This document shows, in pieces, positions 19,884 to 30,178 of a stretch of DNA of 64,000 nt (positions are counted from its first letter, which is position 1; each line of letters opens with the position of its first letter). Made by a program: the position numbers and the translations under genes. Source of the stretch: Alphaproteobacteria bacterium (GTDB lineage: Bacteria > Pseudomonadota > Alphaproteobacteria > SP197); assembly GCA_965228895.1 (NCBI GenBank), contig OZ245842.1:3360001-3424000 (forward strand), written 5' to 3'. The notes under the pieces are model-generated. The model saw only the letters and a list, made by a program, of their open reading frames with translations, was not told where the DNA came from and searched no databases.

Positions 19884-20808
19884 GCCAGCGAAGCGGCGAT
19901 GCGCCCGCTTCGACCAATGTGCCCGCTTCTCCCGCGACGATCGCTTCCAGATCCTTCAGCGCCCCGATCGCCGCCGTACCGCCGGTGCCCTCGGCGAACA
20001 AACAGGCTGCGTCCACCTTCGGCCCCATCGACCCGGCGGCGAAGTCGAGACGCCGCAAGGCATCGGCCGAGGCGCGCCTGATCGGTTTGGCCTCCGGCTT
20101 GCCCCAGTCGACATAAACCGCGTCCACATCGGTCGCCATGACGTAGAGGTCGGCATCCAATTCGCGCGCCAAAAGCTCGCCCGCCAGATCCTTGTCGATC
20201 ACCGCCTCGATGCCGTGCAGTTTGTGGTTCTCGTCATAGACCGTCGGGATGCCGCCGCCGCCGGCACAGATGACGATGGTGTTCTTTTCCAAAAGCCACG
20301 TTATCGGGCGGATCTCAAAAATGCGTTTGGGTTTCGGCGATGCGACAACACGGCGCCAGGCGTCGCCGTCCTGGCGGATCGACCAGCCCTTTTCCTGGGC
20401 CAGGCGCTCGGCCTCGTCCTTACCGTAAACCGGACCGATGAACTTTGTCGGGTTGTCGAAGGCGGGATCGGTGCCGTCGACTTCGATCATGGTCAGCATG
20501 GTCGCAAACGGCACGTCGGGCGCCAGCAGGTTGCCCAGTTCCTGTTCGATCATGTAGCCGATCATGCCTTCGGTCTGGGCGCCCAGCACATCCAGGGGAA
20601 AGACCTCGTCCGGCTTATAGGCCGCGCCCTGCAACGCGAGCAGGCCGACCTGCGGGCCGTTGCCGTGGGAGATGATGACCTGGTGTTTCTCGGCGATCGG
20701 CGCCAATGCCGCCGCCGCGATCTGGACGTTGGCGCGCTGGGCCTCGGCGGTCAGCGGCTCGCCGCGGCGCAGCAGCGCGTTACCTCCCAGCGCGACAACG
20801 ATACGCAT
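19867..20808 (-). CDS. arcC: carbamate kinase
   Basis: [47 protein letters not shown]. Confidence 0.97.
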   Translation of the reverse strand: MRIVVALGGNALLRRGEPLTAEAQRANVQIAAAALAPIAEKHQVIISHGNGPQVGLLALQGAAYKPDEVFPLDVLGAQTEGMIGYMIEQELGNLLAPDVPFATMLTMIEVDGTDPAFDNPTKFIGPVYGKDEAERLAQEKGWSIRQDGDAWRRVVASPKPKRIFEIRPITWLLEKNTIVICAGGGGIPTVYDENHKLHGIEAVIDKDLAGELLARELDADLYVMATDVDAVYVDWGKPEAKPIRRASADALRRLDFAAGSMGPKVDAACLFAEGTGGTAAIGALKDLEAIVAGEAGTLVEAGASPLRWHGEDG

Positions 20809-20810
20809 GA

Positions 20811-21812
20811 TCAGTCCCCGATGGTGGCGACAAGCACCGCCTTGATCGTGTGCATGCGGTTCTCCGCCTCCTCGAACACCACGGACGCTTCCGATTCGAA
20901 GACGTCATCGGTCACCTCCATCGAGTCGATACCGTACTTGTCATAGATCTCCTTGCCGACCTCGGTCTCGGTGTTGTGGAACGCGGGCAGGCAATGCATG
21001 AATTTTGTGTGACGGTTGCCGGTCATCGCCATGACCTCGCGGGTGACCCGATAAGGCGTCAGCAGTTTGATGCGTTCCTGCCAGACCGAATCCGCCTCGC
21101 CCATGGAAACCCAGACATCGGTGCAGATGTAATCGGCGCCATCGACCGCCTGTTTGACGTCTTCGGTAAAGGTGAATCGCGCGCCCGTGTCCTCGGCGAT
21201 GCCCTGACACTGCGCGATCAGCTTTTTGTCGGGCCACAAAGACTCCGGTCCGGCGAAACGCACGTCCATGCCCAGCTTCGCGGCAACCACCAGATAGGAA
21301 TGGCCCATGTTGGCGCGGGCATCGCCCATATAGCAGAAGCTGATATCGGAGATGTGCTTGTGGGTGAACTCCGTCATCGTCAGCACGTCGGCCAGCATCT
21401 GGGTCGGATGGAACTCGTCGGTCAGGCCGTTATAGATGGGCACGCCGGCATTGGCGGCCAGTACCTTCGCGTCATCCTGCGAGAAGCCGCGAAACTCGAT
21501 GGCGTCATACATGCGGCCCAGCACCCGCGCGGTGTCGCGCGCGGTTTCCTTGTGGCCGATATGGGAGCCGGATGGGCCCAGATAGGTCACATGGGCGCCC
21601 TGGTCATAGGCGGCGACCTCGAACCCGCTTCGCGTGCGCGTCGAATCCTTTTCGAAGATCAGCGCGATGTTCTTGCCGCCCAGCCGCCGGCGCTCGTAGC
21701 CGCCGTATTTCGCCGCCTTCAAGTCGCGCGACAGGCGCAACAGAAATCGGATCTCGTCGGGCGCAAAGTCAAGCAGGGTCAAAAAGCTCCTGCCTTTCAG
21801 GTTCATGGCCAT
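20811..21812 (-). CDS. arcB: ornithine carbamoyltransferase (catabolic)
   Basis: [40 protein letters not shown]; lies between arcA and arcC. Confidence 0.96.
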   Translation of the reverse strand: MAMNLKGRSFLTLLDFAPDEIRFLLRLSRDLKAAKYGGYERRRLGGKNIALIFEKDSTRTRSGFEVAAYDQGAHVTYLGPSGSHIGHKETARDTARVLGRMYDAIEFRGFSQDDAKVLAANAGVPIYNGLTDEFHPTQMLADVLTMTEFTHKHISDISFCYMGDARANMGHSYLVVAAKLGMDVRFAGPESLWPDKKLIAQCQGIAEDTGARFTFTEDVKQAVDGADYICTDVWVSMGEADSVWQERIKLLTPYRVTREVMAMTGNRHTKFMHCLPAFHNTETEVGKEIYDKYGIDSMEVTDDVFESEASVVFEEAENRMHTIKAVLVATIGD

Positions 21813-21843
21813 GGCGGCGGTTCTCCTCTGCGTCGGCCTGTGG

Positions 21844-23076
21844 TCAGGCGGGGTCGCGCACCAAGGGGCAGGTCATGCAGTGACCGCCCCCGCGCCCGCG
21901 TCCCAGCTCGTTGCCCGGGATCGTGATCACCTCGATGCCGGCCTTGCGCAGCAAGGTGTTGGTATAGGTGTTGCGCTCATAGGCGACGACCACGCCGGGC
22001 TCCAACGCCACGACGTTGTTGCCATCGTCCCACTGCTCGCGTTCCCGGACATAGGCATCGCCGCCGGTGCTGACGGTGCGCAGTCCGCCCTTGCCCAAGT
22101 CCAGAACGTCGGCGACGACATCGACGAAGCTGTCCTTCTCCGCGGTCACCTCAAGCGTGCGGTCACCATCACCCGGCCTCAGGCTGAATGGCCGGATACG
22201 GTCGACGACACCGGGGAAGATGTTGGCGACGTCGCGGTCGCACAGCGTGAAGACCGTGTCCAGGTGCATATAGGCGCGCTCGCGCGGCATTGCCGCGACA
22301 ACGACCCGTTCCGCACCACCCTTGGCGAACAGGCCCTTGGCGACCTGGCCGACACCCTGGCGGCTCGACCGCTCGCCCATGCCGATCAAGACCGTCTTGT
22401 TGCCGACGGGCATGATGTCGCCACCCTCCACGCTCGCCAAGCCGTGGTCGTGGTCGACGTCCTCGCCCCACCAGATCTGGAAATCGTCGTCCGCGAACAT
22501 CGGGTGGTGGCGATAGATCGCCGCCATGTTCAAGGTCTCCTGGCGGCGCGCCGGCCAGAACATGTGGTGCAGCGTAACGCCGCCATAGACCCACGCCGTC
22601 GTGTCCCGGGTGAATAGCTGGTTCGGCAACGGCGCCAGCACAAAGTCCTGCGGTTCCATCACGGCAGCCAGCGACGGGCCGGGCTTGAACGGCAGTTCGT
22701 CCAGGTTCATGCCGCCGATCAGGATGTTGGAAAGCTGCTCGGCATCCATCTCCATCATCGCGGCATGCAGATCGGCCGCCAGCCCAACACCGACCAGTTC
22801 CTCGCGGATGCGGCGATCCAGGAGCCAGCGCCGCGCCTCCCGGTTCGCCATGGTTTCTTCGAGCAACTCGCGCACGAAAAAGACCTCGGCGCCGCGATAA
22901 CGCATGGCGTCGACAAACTCGTTGTGCTCGGCGCGCGCCTGCTTGACCCAGATAACGTCATCGAACAGCAGTTCATCGCAGTTCGACGGCGTCAACCGTG
23001 TCAGCGCCAGGCCAGGCCGGTGCACGATTACTTTCTTCAGTTTTCCGATTTCCGAATGGACACCAAAGGCGGTCAT
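21844..23076 (-). CDS. arcA: arginine deiminase
   Basis: [50 protein letters not shown]; GGGAG RBS before 23076. Confidence 0.97.
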   Translation of the reverse strand: MTAFGVHSEIGKLKKVIVHRPGLALTRLTPSNCDELLFDDVIWVKQARAEHNEFVDAMRYRGAEVFFVRELLEETMANREARRWLLDRRIREELVGVGLAADLHAAMMEMDAEQLSNILIGGMNLDELPFKPGPSLAAVMEPQDFVLAPLPNQLFTRDTTAWVYGGVTLHHMFWPARRQETLNMAAIYRHHPMFADDDFQIWWGEDVDHDHGLASVEGGDIMPVGNKTVLIGMGERSSRQGVGQVAKGLFAKGGAERVVVAAMPRERAYMHLDTVFTLCDRDVANIFPGVVDRIRPFSLRPGDGDRTLEVTAEKDSFVDVVADVLDLGKGGLRTVSTGGDAYVREREQWDDGNNVVALEPGVVVAYERNTYTNTLLRKAGIEVITIPGNELGRGRGGGHCMTCPLVRDPA

Positions 23077-23144
23077 CGCGTGTTTCTCCCGATCCACCAT
23101 CGCCAATCACGCCACAACCATGCGTCGATTTTCTTCGTCCCGCG

Positions 23145-23158
23145 TTGATGGAAATCAA
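23145..23158. promoter_or_regulatory. FNR/ANR/FixK box between divergent arcA and yfcC
   Basis: Perfect TTGATGGAAATCAA. Confidence 0.88.
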
Positions 23159-23279
23159 TGTCGCCTACCGGAGTGTCGGCAAAACTCAGTGTCATCGTAA
23201 GCGTCAGTCCGTTTTGCCCCGCGCGCGCCTCGCGCGCCGGCCTGCTGGCGCTTGTCCTTTTCTGGGAGGGAACGGACTT

Positions 23280-24716
23280 ATGGCCATGTCCACCGACGAT
23301 CAGCCGAAAGAGCGGCGGTTTCAATTCCCCACTGCTTTTACCATCTTGTTCGCGCTCACCATCGTGGTCGCGGCGCTGACCTGGATCATCCCGGCCGGGC
23401 AGTATGACCGTGCCTATAACGAGGCGCTCGACCGCGACGTGCCGGTGCCCGGCACCTATCAGGAGGTCGCGGCCAACCCGCAAGGGCCGATCGACGTCAT
23501 CCTGGCGCCGATCGCCGGCCTCTATAATCCGCAGACCTACGAGGCCAACGCCATCGATGTGGCGGTCTTCGTGTTGGTCATCGGCGGCTTCATCGGCGTT
23601 GTCGCCAAGACAGGCGCGATCAACGCGGGGATCGGCAGTGTCATGCGCGCGCTGAAGGGCCGCGAGAAATGGCTGATTCCGATTTTGATGGCGTTGTTTG
23701 CCTTTGGCGGCACGACCTATGGCATGGCCGAGGAGACGCTCGCTTTCTATATGATCGTCATTCCGGTGATGATCGCCGCCGGTTACGACTCGTTGACCGG
23801 TGTCGCCGTCATCATGCTGGGCGCGGCCGTCGGGGTGCTCGGCTCCACCGTCAATGCGTTCGCTACCGTAATCGCCTCGGATGCCGCCGGCATTCCGTTC
23901 ACCGATGGCATCATCCTGCGTTTCGTCATCCTCGGCGTCGGCTGGCTGATCTGCGTCCTCTATGTCATGCGCTACGCCGAGCGCGTGCGCAAAGACCCCG
24001 AAAAATCCCTTGTCGCTGACCGCCGCGAGTCGAACGAAAAGCATTTCCTGAAAGGTCACAGCGCCGAGGCGGACGTGCCGTTTACCTTGAAGCGCCGCAT
24101 CGTCCTGGTGCTGTTCGGCGCCACCTTCGCGATCATGATCTGGGGCGTATCGTCGGCCGGCTGGTGGATGGCCGAGATGTCCGGTCTGTTCCTGGTCGCC
24201 GCCATCGTCGTCGGTATTGTCGGACGGTTGGGTGAGCATGAGTTTACCGACACCTTTGTCGACGGCGCCCGCGACCTCCTGGGCGTGGCGCTCATCATCG
24301 GCGTTGCGCGCGGCATCGTCGTCGTCATGGACGACGGCCTGATCTCCGACACGATCCTTTACTGGTCCGAACAATCGGTCGAGGGCCTGCACGCGATCGC
24401 GTTCATCAACGTCATGTATTGGCTGGAAGTCGTGCTGTCGTTCTTCGTGCCGTCGTCGTCCGGGCTTGCCGTCTTGAGCATGCCGATCATGGCGCCGCTC
24501 GCCGACTTCGCCGATGTCCAGCGCAGCCTGGTCGTCACCGCCTATCAGTCGGCCAACGGTCTGGTGAACTTCATCAACCCGACCTTCGCCGTCGTCATGG
24601 GCGGCCTGGCGCTGGGCCGCGTGCCCTATGAACGGTGGCTGCGCTTCACCTGGCCGCTGCTGCTGATCATGACGGTCGTGATCATGGCGGCGCTCAGCAT
24701 CAGCGTGGTCGTGTGA
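23280..24716 (+). CDS. YfcC family arginine/ornithine antiporter
   Basis: PTAFTILF..LTWIIPAGQY, GGTTYGMAEET, PSSSGLAVLSMPIMAPLAD; divergent from arcABC. Confidence 0.92.
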   Translation: MAMSTDDQPKERRFQFPTAFTILFALTIVVAALTWIIPAGQYDRAYNEALDRDVPVPGTYQEVAANPQGPIDVILAPIAGLYNPQTYEANAIDVAVFVLVIGGFIGVVAKTGAINAGIGSVMRALKGREKWLIPILMALFAFGGTTYGMAEETLAFYMIVIPVMIAAGYDSLTGVAVIMLGAAVGVLGSTVNAFATVIASDAAGIPFTDGIILRFVILGVGWLICVLYVMRYAERVRKDPEKSLVADRRESNEKHFLKGHSAEADVPFTLKRRIVLVLFGATFAIMIWGVSSAGWWMAEMSGLFLVAAIVVGIVGRLGEHEFTDTFVDGARDLLGVALIIGVARGIVVVMDDGLISDTILYWSEQSVEGLHAIAFINVMYWLEVVLSFFVPSSSGLAVLSMPIMAPLADFADVQRSLVVTAYQSANGLVNFINPTFAVVMGGLALGRVPYERWLRFTWPLLLIMTVVIMAALSISVVV

Positions 24717-24741
24717 TCGGGCGCTAGGGCCATCGCGTACC

Positions 24742-25638
24742 ATGGATCGGCGCAGCCATCGGTTCGTGGCTCTGTGCCTGCCGATGATGCTGGCCTTGGG
24801 CGTCAGTTCGGTCGGCCACGCCCATCACGGCCATACGCACATCTATGATGGGTTCGAAGGCAGCGTCATCGGGCAGGATTTCTGGCACTTCAGTCAGGCT
24901 CGGCCGGATGCCGTTTGGGTCGCCACCGATGTTGTCCGAAATGGCCACGGCGCGCTGGCGATCCGGATCGGGCCGGAAGACACCCATCCCGCCACAATGA
25001 TGCAGCGCAACGAGGTGCGCGTCGCTAAGGCTTACCAACTGCCGTTCGGCGCGGACGTCTGGTACGGCTTCAGCTTCAGGATCGAAGGCGAGATCGAACG
25101 AAGAGCAAGCACCCGGTGGATTATCGGCCAGTGGAAAGAGGATTCTGATGCAAGCCCGTTTTTGGCGCAACGCTTCGACAACGGTGTCTTTCACATTACG
25201 GTCCAGGACGATATCTGCCGCGTGCTGGTGGCCGCCGCCAATGGGCCAGAGGGCGGCCTGACGACGGACATCGCTCACCATGAGCTCGGTGGATTCGACT
25301 TCGTCTCGGACTTCTGGACCCAAGACTGCACGCCCGAACTGACGATCGCGCGGGGCGACAATCCAACCCTGCCGGACCCCTATGGCAACTGGGTCGATAT
25401 GGTCTATCACATCAAGGGCGACCGAGATGGCCACGGGCTGATCGAGATCTGGGCCAATGGCCGCTTTATTGCCCGCGTGACCGGCTCGATCGGCAGCGAT
25501 CGAACAAACGGTCCGATGCAGTACTTCAAGATCGGCATGTATCGCGACATCATGCCCGGGTCGGCCACCATCTATGTCGACGACTTCAGGCGAGGTGCGA
25601 CCCGCAGCGACATTGACCCGGTTCACGAAGTGCCCTGA
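24742..25638 (+). CDS. secreted polysaccharide lyase-like protein (heparin lyase I/PF14099-like)
   Basis: Signal peptide; QRNEV, WYGFSF, IIGQWK, GLIEIWANG, YFKIGMYRD, IYVDDF. Confidence 0.8.
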   Translation: MDRRSHRFVALCLPMMLALGVSSVGHAHHGHTHIYDGFEGSVIGQDFWHFSQARPDAVWVATDVVRNGHGALAIRIGPEDTHPATMMQRNEVRVAKAYQLPFGADVWYGFSFRIEGEIERRASTRWIIGQWKEDSDASPFLAQRFDNGVFHITVQDDICRVLVAAANGPEGGLTTDIAHHELGGFDFVSDFWTQDCTPELTIARGDNPTLPDPYGNWVDMVYHIKGDRDGHGLIEIWANGRFIARVTGSIGSDRTNGPMQYFKIGMYRDIMPGSATIYVDDFRRGATRSDIDPVHEVP

Positions 25639-25663
25639 CCAGTCGTGACCTCGCTTGCGCTAC

Positions 25664-26251
25664 TCAGATCGCGATTGCCAATTCCATCCGCCGCCAGGGG
25701 TGGAGCAGACGACGGTCGTCCTTGGCGAACGCGAAGTAGTTGCCGCCGCCGGGCGGCTGATCGTGTTCGCGGGCAATTTCGTGGCCCGCGACATGGCACA
25801 GCAGCAACGTGCCGATCGCGCCATGGCCGACGAACAGCACGTCGCCGCTGTCATGACGGTTCAAGACCGCCTCGACCTCGCCGACGATACGAACCTGTGC
25901 GTCGATCGCACGCTCCCAACCACGCACGCTTTCTTCGGGCGCGGCAAAGAACCGGTCGGCGACCGCTTCGAACGCGTCCGACGGTAGAAATCCGGTCGCC
26001 GATCGGTCGTTTTCGTGCATGGCCTTGCGAACCTCGACGGCGAGACCTGACGTCTGCGCGATGATCTCGGCGGTTTCGACGGCCTTCACCTCGCCGCTCG
26101 CCACGATGCGCGCGGTGTCTCGCAGGCACGGATGCCCGGCGAACGCTTCGGCGCGTGCGCGGCCGACCTCGCTCAGTGACCACGAAGGCACCGGCACGGC
26201 GGGATCGATCGTGACCTCCGGATGAGTGAGATAACGTACACAGACAGCCAT
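25664..26251 (-). CDS. histidine phosphatase (phosphoglycerate mutase) family protein
   Basis: YLTHPEV..DP.VPVP.W.LS, KAVETA, ENDRSATGFL, VGHG. Confidence 0.87.
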   Translation of the reverse strand: MAVCVRYLTHPEVTIDPAVPVPSWSLSEVGRARAEAFAGHPCLRDTARIVASGEVKAVETAEIIAQTSGLAVEVRKAMHENDRSATGFLPSDAFEAVADRFFAAPEESVRGWERAIDAQVRIVGEVEAVLNRHDSGDVLFVGHGAIGTLLLCHVAGHEIAREHDQPPGGGNYFAFAKDDRRLLHPWRRMELAIAI

Positions 26252-26276
26252 GTACGTTGTTCTAAAGCCCGCAGCG

Positions 26277-27647
26277 CTAGCGGCCAATCCTCAGGTTGCT
26301 GAGCTCCTGGCCGATCGCGCGGAAAGCGGACTGCAACTCAGCGGCACTCGGCGAATCAAAGTAGTTGTCCGGCTCGCTCGCGCAGCCGCGCATCAGGTTA
26401 CGCACCGTGTTCGAGCTGACCTGGAACGTAATGGTGTAGATGATGATCCCCTCGGCCTTGATGTTGTTGCATACAGCAGTCGTGCGGTTGTTGAGCCGTC
26501 TGATTGCCCGACTGGAATTGCTGGTTCCAAGCCGCTCCGCCGACAGGTAGCCATAGGCGGAGTAAACCGACGAGCTCATGACATTCTCACCATCTGTCAT
26601 CAACACGATGGCCTTCCGGAACTCCTCATCGTCATAGGCATGGCCTTCGGTAAATGGTTCGGTGGGCGATATGACGCGCCAGCCCCAAACCAAGCCGGTA
26701 TTGATGTGCGTGTTGCCGGCAGAGGCCATCTCGTTGATCTTGGCGTCGATGAAGGATTTGGTGCTGGTCAACGGCAACAGTTCCGCCGGGCAATAGCGAT
26801 TGGGCGTGGCCCAGCGCGACGTGTTGTAACCTGACCAGTTGTTGTTGCGGTCATCGGGCCACAGGAAGGCCTCCCAGCGGCGGTTGTTGCTGGTCGGCGG
26901 GACATCGGTACGGTCCCTGTTGCCACCACGCGCCATGACGCAGCCTTCCCAATCGAACGGATCGAAGTCGTCTTCGTCAAACGCGTCGTTCAGATGGGCA
27001 AAATCGTCGCCGACATTGACCGCGGCCGCAAAGGGCACGATGCCGACCAGCAGAAGCTCGTTCTCCGTGCTGTCACCGAACAGGATGTCGACGAAGGTGC
27101 GCGACGCCGTTTTCAGGCTGTTCATCTTCGTCGTGCCCATGGAGCCCGTGTTGTCGAGCACCAGGACCACTTCCAGACCTTTGGTTTCACGAACAATAAC
27201 GGTCGAGGCCGAGACAGTCAGAGTATCGATACCGACGATGCTCATCAGCGTGGTGTTGATCGTGGCCGTCGCTTCCAGCTCGATCTCATCGTCGGTCAGC
27301 GTCATTTCCGGTGTCGCCGCCACGCCGACTTCATTCGCCGGATAGTTCGCCTCGAAAAAGGCCTCCATGAGCTCCTCCAGCTCGGCCTCGTCGGTGATGG
27401 AGGAGGCGCCAACAGCCAGGCCCGCCGCGTCGAGCGCGTAACCCAGCCGCGATTTCACCAGGTAGGCGCGCCCCATATCGATGGCTGCGCCGCCGGCCAT
27501 GCAAAGAGGGATCAAGGCGAGCGCAAAGACCACCGCCACAGCGCCGCGACGGTCTGTCAGAACGTCACGGCAGAACCGCCATGAACTCCTCGACAACCCG
27601 ACTGAATGGCACATCCTGGTGAACCAGAAACCACACCGCGTAACCAT
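26277..27647 (-). CDS. tadG: Tad/Flp pilus assembly protein TadG-like with vWA domain
   Basis: RRGAVAVVFAL prepilin-like motif, DAAGLA, MIDAS DNTGSM, LMTDGEN; start uncertain. Confidence 0.88.
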   Translation of the reverse strand: MVTRCGFWFTRMCHSVGLSRSSWRFCRDVLTDRRGAVAVVFALALIPLCMAGGAAIDMGRAYLVKSRLGYALDAAGLAVGASSITDEAELEELMEAFFEANYPANEVGVAATPEMTLTDDEIELEATATINTTLMSIVGIDTLTVSASTVIVRETKGLEVVLVLDNTGSMGTTKMNSLKTASRTFVDILFGDSTENELLLVGIVPFAAAVNVGDDFAHLNDAFDEDDFDPFDWEGCVMARGGNRDRTDVPPTSNNRRWEAFLWPDDRNNNWSGYNTSRWATPNRYCPAELLPLTSTKSFIDAKINEMASAGNTHINTGLVWGWRVISPTEPFTEGHAYDDEEFRKAIVLMTDGENVMSSSVYSAYGYLSAERLGTSNSSRAIRRLNNRTTAVCNNIKAEGIIIYTITFQVSSNTVRNLMRGCASEPDNYFDSPSAAELQSAFRAIGQELSNLRIGR

Positions 27648-27932
27648 GTTGACGACCCCTCCTCGACACGGTTGCTCCCGCGAACGCCGGGATCGCAAAA
27701 GTGGCTGCGAAACCTCTTGGCGGCCCCGTTTGAGTCGCGCCAAAACCCCAACGCATTTACTACTTGTATCGTGTAGAGTTTATTAATTACAAGAGGTTGC
27801 AATCATTTTTTCCATGAAACTATCAGAAATCACGCACAAGCTGCGGCGCGACAACGCGCCAGGCCGGTCCAGGGCCGTCTCAATGTGGTTCGAACACATG
27901 ATTTGCCAGGCGTTTTGTCGTTGCTGGCGGTA

Positions 27933-29390
27933 TCAGCCGGCGCCTTCTTCGTGAACCCCGGCGGCAAACCGGTCGGCCAGCACGTGGACCGGCGGACCGA
28001 GTGGGCCGCCCGGCGCGACGTCGTCGAACACCGCGCTAATCTGCCCGGCGCGCTCCCTCAGCGGCCCCGGCACGGGACGCTTCGTCACTTGAAGCGCGCG
28101 CATAGCGATCGGCGCCAGCGATGCCAGCACCAGATCCAGGCAACGACCGGCGCGCGCCTGCTTGGTCCAGGCCAGGAACACCGGCGATGCCACGTCGTTT
28201 TGGCCAAAGCCCCCGGACTCGCTGCCGGGTAGCAAGGTCGTCTGGGCATAGAGCCTGGCCTCCTCCTCGTACCCCGTGGCCGCCATGGGCAGGCAGCCCA
28301 TGTAGCTGCGCCGGCCGCCTTCCGTCTCGCCCTCGTCGAACAATTGGTCCAACAACAGCGAGACCGAGCCATCCAGCAGCTTGGCGCCATGCCGTTCGCC
28401 GATGACGCAGAGATTGGCATAGGCCGATGTCACCATGTCCATTGCCATGACCGCCTGGGCATTGTGATAACCGCCGGTCGAAACGAACTGGCCGAACGGA
28501 TGGTCGACATCGGCGTCAAGCAGCACAGGATTATCGGTCGCTGCGGCCAGCGATTCCGTCGCGATCTCCTCGGCCATGGTGGCGGCGCGATGGGTCTGGC
28601 CCAGCAAACGCGGCATGATGCGAAAGCTGACCGGCGCCTGATAGGGCCGGCGCGCACCACCGTGGCCGCCGTCGATGAGCCGCCGCACCGTGCTGAGCGC
28701 CCAGGCGTCGTGCTTGTTGTTCCAACAGTCTTCCAACGCTTCGGCAAAGTGACCGAGCGGTGCGTTGAACGCTTCGGCGGACAACGCAAACACCTCCGCG
28801 GCCAGTGTCAGGCGGTTCATCGCCGCCAGCGCCGTGTCGGTGACCAGCGCGCTTGCCGCGGGCGAGCCGTTGACCAGAGACAGCATGTCTTTTTCCGCCG
28901 GTTCGACCTTCTCGGCCACCCCGGCAAACAGGTGCGACAGCGATAGGATCTCACCGGCCCCGCCCTGTCCCTTGGCCGGCACCTGGGGCAGCGGCGCACC
29001 ATCCAGCATCGCCGCCACGGCTTGCGCGACCTGCGGCGAGACCGCAGCGTGGCCCTCGACGAAATTCGCCAGCCTGGCCAGGACAATCAGCCTGACGACA
29101 CGCTCCGGCAAAACGTCGCCCCATGAGGCCGCCGCAGCGGTTGGCGGGAACTTAGCTTGCGCCTTGCGCTCCTGCGGCGACAACCGCCGTTTCGCCTCTT
29201 GACCCATGCCGGTCGTAACGCCATAGATCGTCACATCCGGATCGTTCTCCAGGATGTCCTCAAAGCGCGACCGCGCGTCCGCAATAGCCACAACGGCCGT
29301 CTCACCCAGCGTCACGGCCTCGCCGCGCCAGCCGACCCGGCGGGCGGCGTCCAGTGTGATGTCACGACGGCGATCAATGACGAAAACCAT
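27933..29390 (-). CDS. aromatic amino acid ammonia-lyase (HAL/PAL) superfamily protein lacking the ASG MIO triad
   Basis: IYGVTTGMG, QAPVSFR, TDNP, GGYHN, QNDVAS; GQGGAGEI in place of GSVGASGDL. Confidence 0.85.
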   Translation of the reverse strand: MVFVIDRRRDITLDAARRVGWRGEAVTLGETAVVAIADARSRFEDILENDPDVTIYGVTTGMGQEAKRRLSPQERKAQAKFPPTAAAASWGDVLPERVVRLIVLARLANFVEGHAAVSPQVAQAVAAMLDGAPLPQVPAKGQGGAGEILSLSHLFAGVAEKVEPAEKDMLSLVNGSPAASALVTDTALAAMNRLTLAAEVFALSAEAFNAPLGHFAEALEDCWNNKHDAWALSTVRRLIDGGHGGARRPYQAPVSFRIMPRLLGQTHRAATMAEEIATESLAAATDNPVLLDADVDHPFGQFVSTGGYHNAQAVMAMDMVTSAYANLCVIGERHGAKLLDGSVSLLLDQLFDEGETEGGRRSYMGCLPMAATGYEEEARLYAQTTLLPGSESGGFGQNDVASPVFLAWTKQARAGRCLDLVLASLAPIAMRALQVTKRPVPGPLRERAGQISAVFDDVAPGGPLGPPVHVLADRFAAGVHEEGAG

Positions 29391-29498
29391 GGTGCCTGTC
29401 TCCCAATACAAAGAGACGCGACCTTAGCTGGCGCGGACGGCGGCGCGATAGACGATACTTGGCGTGGGCAGGCGCGCGCTGACTGATGCATTCAGTTT

Positions 29499-29526
29499 TT
29501 GACCGAACGTTCCAGACTAGTATGAT
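29499..29526 (+). promoter_or_regulatory. sigma70 promoter (TTGACC-N16-TATGAT) overlapped by a TetR-type operator
   Basis: TTGACCGAACGTTCCA (29499-29514) resembles the palindrome at 30144. Confidence 0.65.
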
Positions 29527-29546
29527 GCAGGATCGGAGGGTCGCGG

Positions 29547-30128
29547 ATGCCGTGGGAAAAGAGCTACAAAGAAACCGATGTGCTGGAGCGTGCCATGCTG
29601 GCGTTCTGGGCGCGCGGCTACGAGGCGACGTCGATCAACGATCTGGTCGAGGTGACCGGCATCAATCGCGGCAGCCTTTATGCCGCCTTCGACGACAAGC
29701 ATGGGCTCTTCACGCAGGCCTTGCGCCACTATGACCGCGTCCATCGGCAGGACTATCTGACACGGCTTGCCGCACGCCACGGGCCGAAAGACGCCATCCT
29801 CACTGCCTTCCAGGACGCCGCCCGCAATATCGGGCGCGGCGCCAAGCCGGCCGGCTGCCTGTTGGTCAACACGGCGCTTGAACTCTCGCCCCACGACCCG
29901 GAGATCCGGCAGTTCGTTGGTGGCAGTCTGAAGGCTGTCGAAGACTTTTTCTGTTCGATGATCGAGGCGGGCCAGGAAGACGGCTCGGTCAAGTCGACAT
30001 TATCAGCGCGTAAGACGGCACAGGCGCTGATGGGTCTCTTTTTGGGCCTGCGTGTGCTCACCCGGTCATCGGCCAATCGCCAGGCGCTTGACGCCGTCAC
30101 CGAGCAGGCACGAACCATGTTGTCATAA
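29547..30128 (+). CDS. TetR/AcrR family transcriptional regulator (NemR/ComR-like)
   Basis: AMLAFWARGYEATSINDLVEVTGINRGSLYAAFDDK; GCLLVN. Confidence 0.93.
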   Translation: MPWEKSYKETDVLERAMLAFWARGYEATSINDLVEVTGINRGSLYAAFDDKHGLFTQALRHYDRVHRQDYLTRLAARHGPKDAILTAFQDAARNIGRGAKPAGCLLVNTALELSPHDPEIRQFVGGSLKAVEDFFCSMIEAGQEDGSVKSTLSARKTAQALMGLFLGLRVLTRSSANRQALDAVTEQARTMLS

Positions 30129-30143
30129 AAAATTTGAGTGATT

Positions 30144-30159
30144 TGGAACGATCGTTCTA
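30144..30159. promoter_or_regulatory. TetR-type palindromic operator
   Basis: TGGAACGATCGTTCTA with perfect core GAACGATCGTTC, just upstream of the AhpD-like gene RBS. Confidence 0.7.
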
Positions 30160-30178
30160 CACACCGAAGGAGGAAATC

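Noticed and set aside
23073-24743. Long antisense and shadow ORFs (e.g. 556 aa here; also 5712-7259, 50961-52463, 52622-54145, 60540-62084)
   Set aside because: They overlap well-supported genes on the opposite strand, as expected in high-GC DNA, and show no motifs
27760-27830. CtrA box upstream of tadG
   Set aside because: AT-rich with a single TTAA half-site; no TTAA-N7-TTAA match
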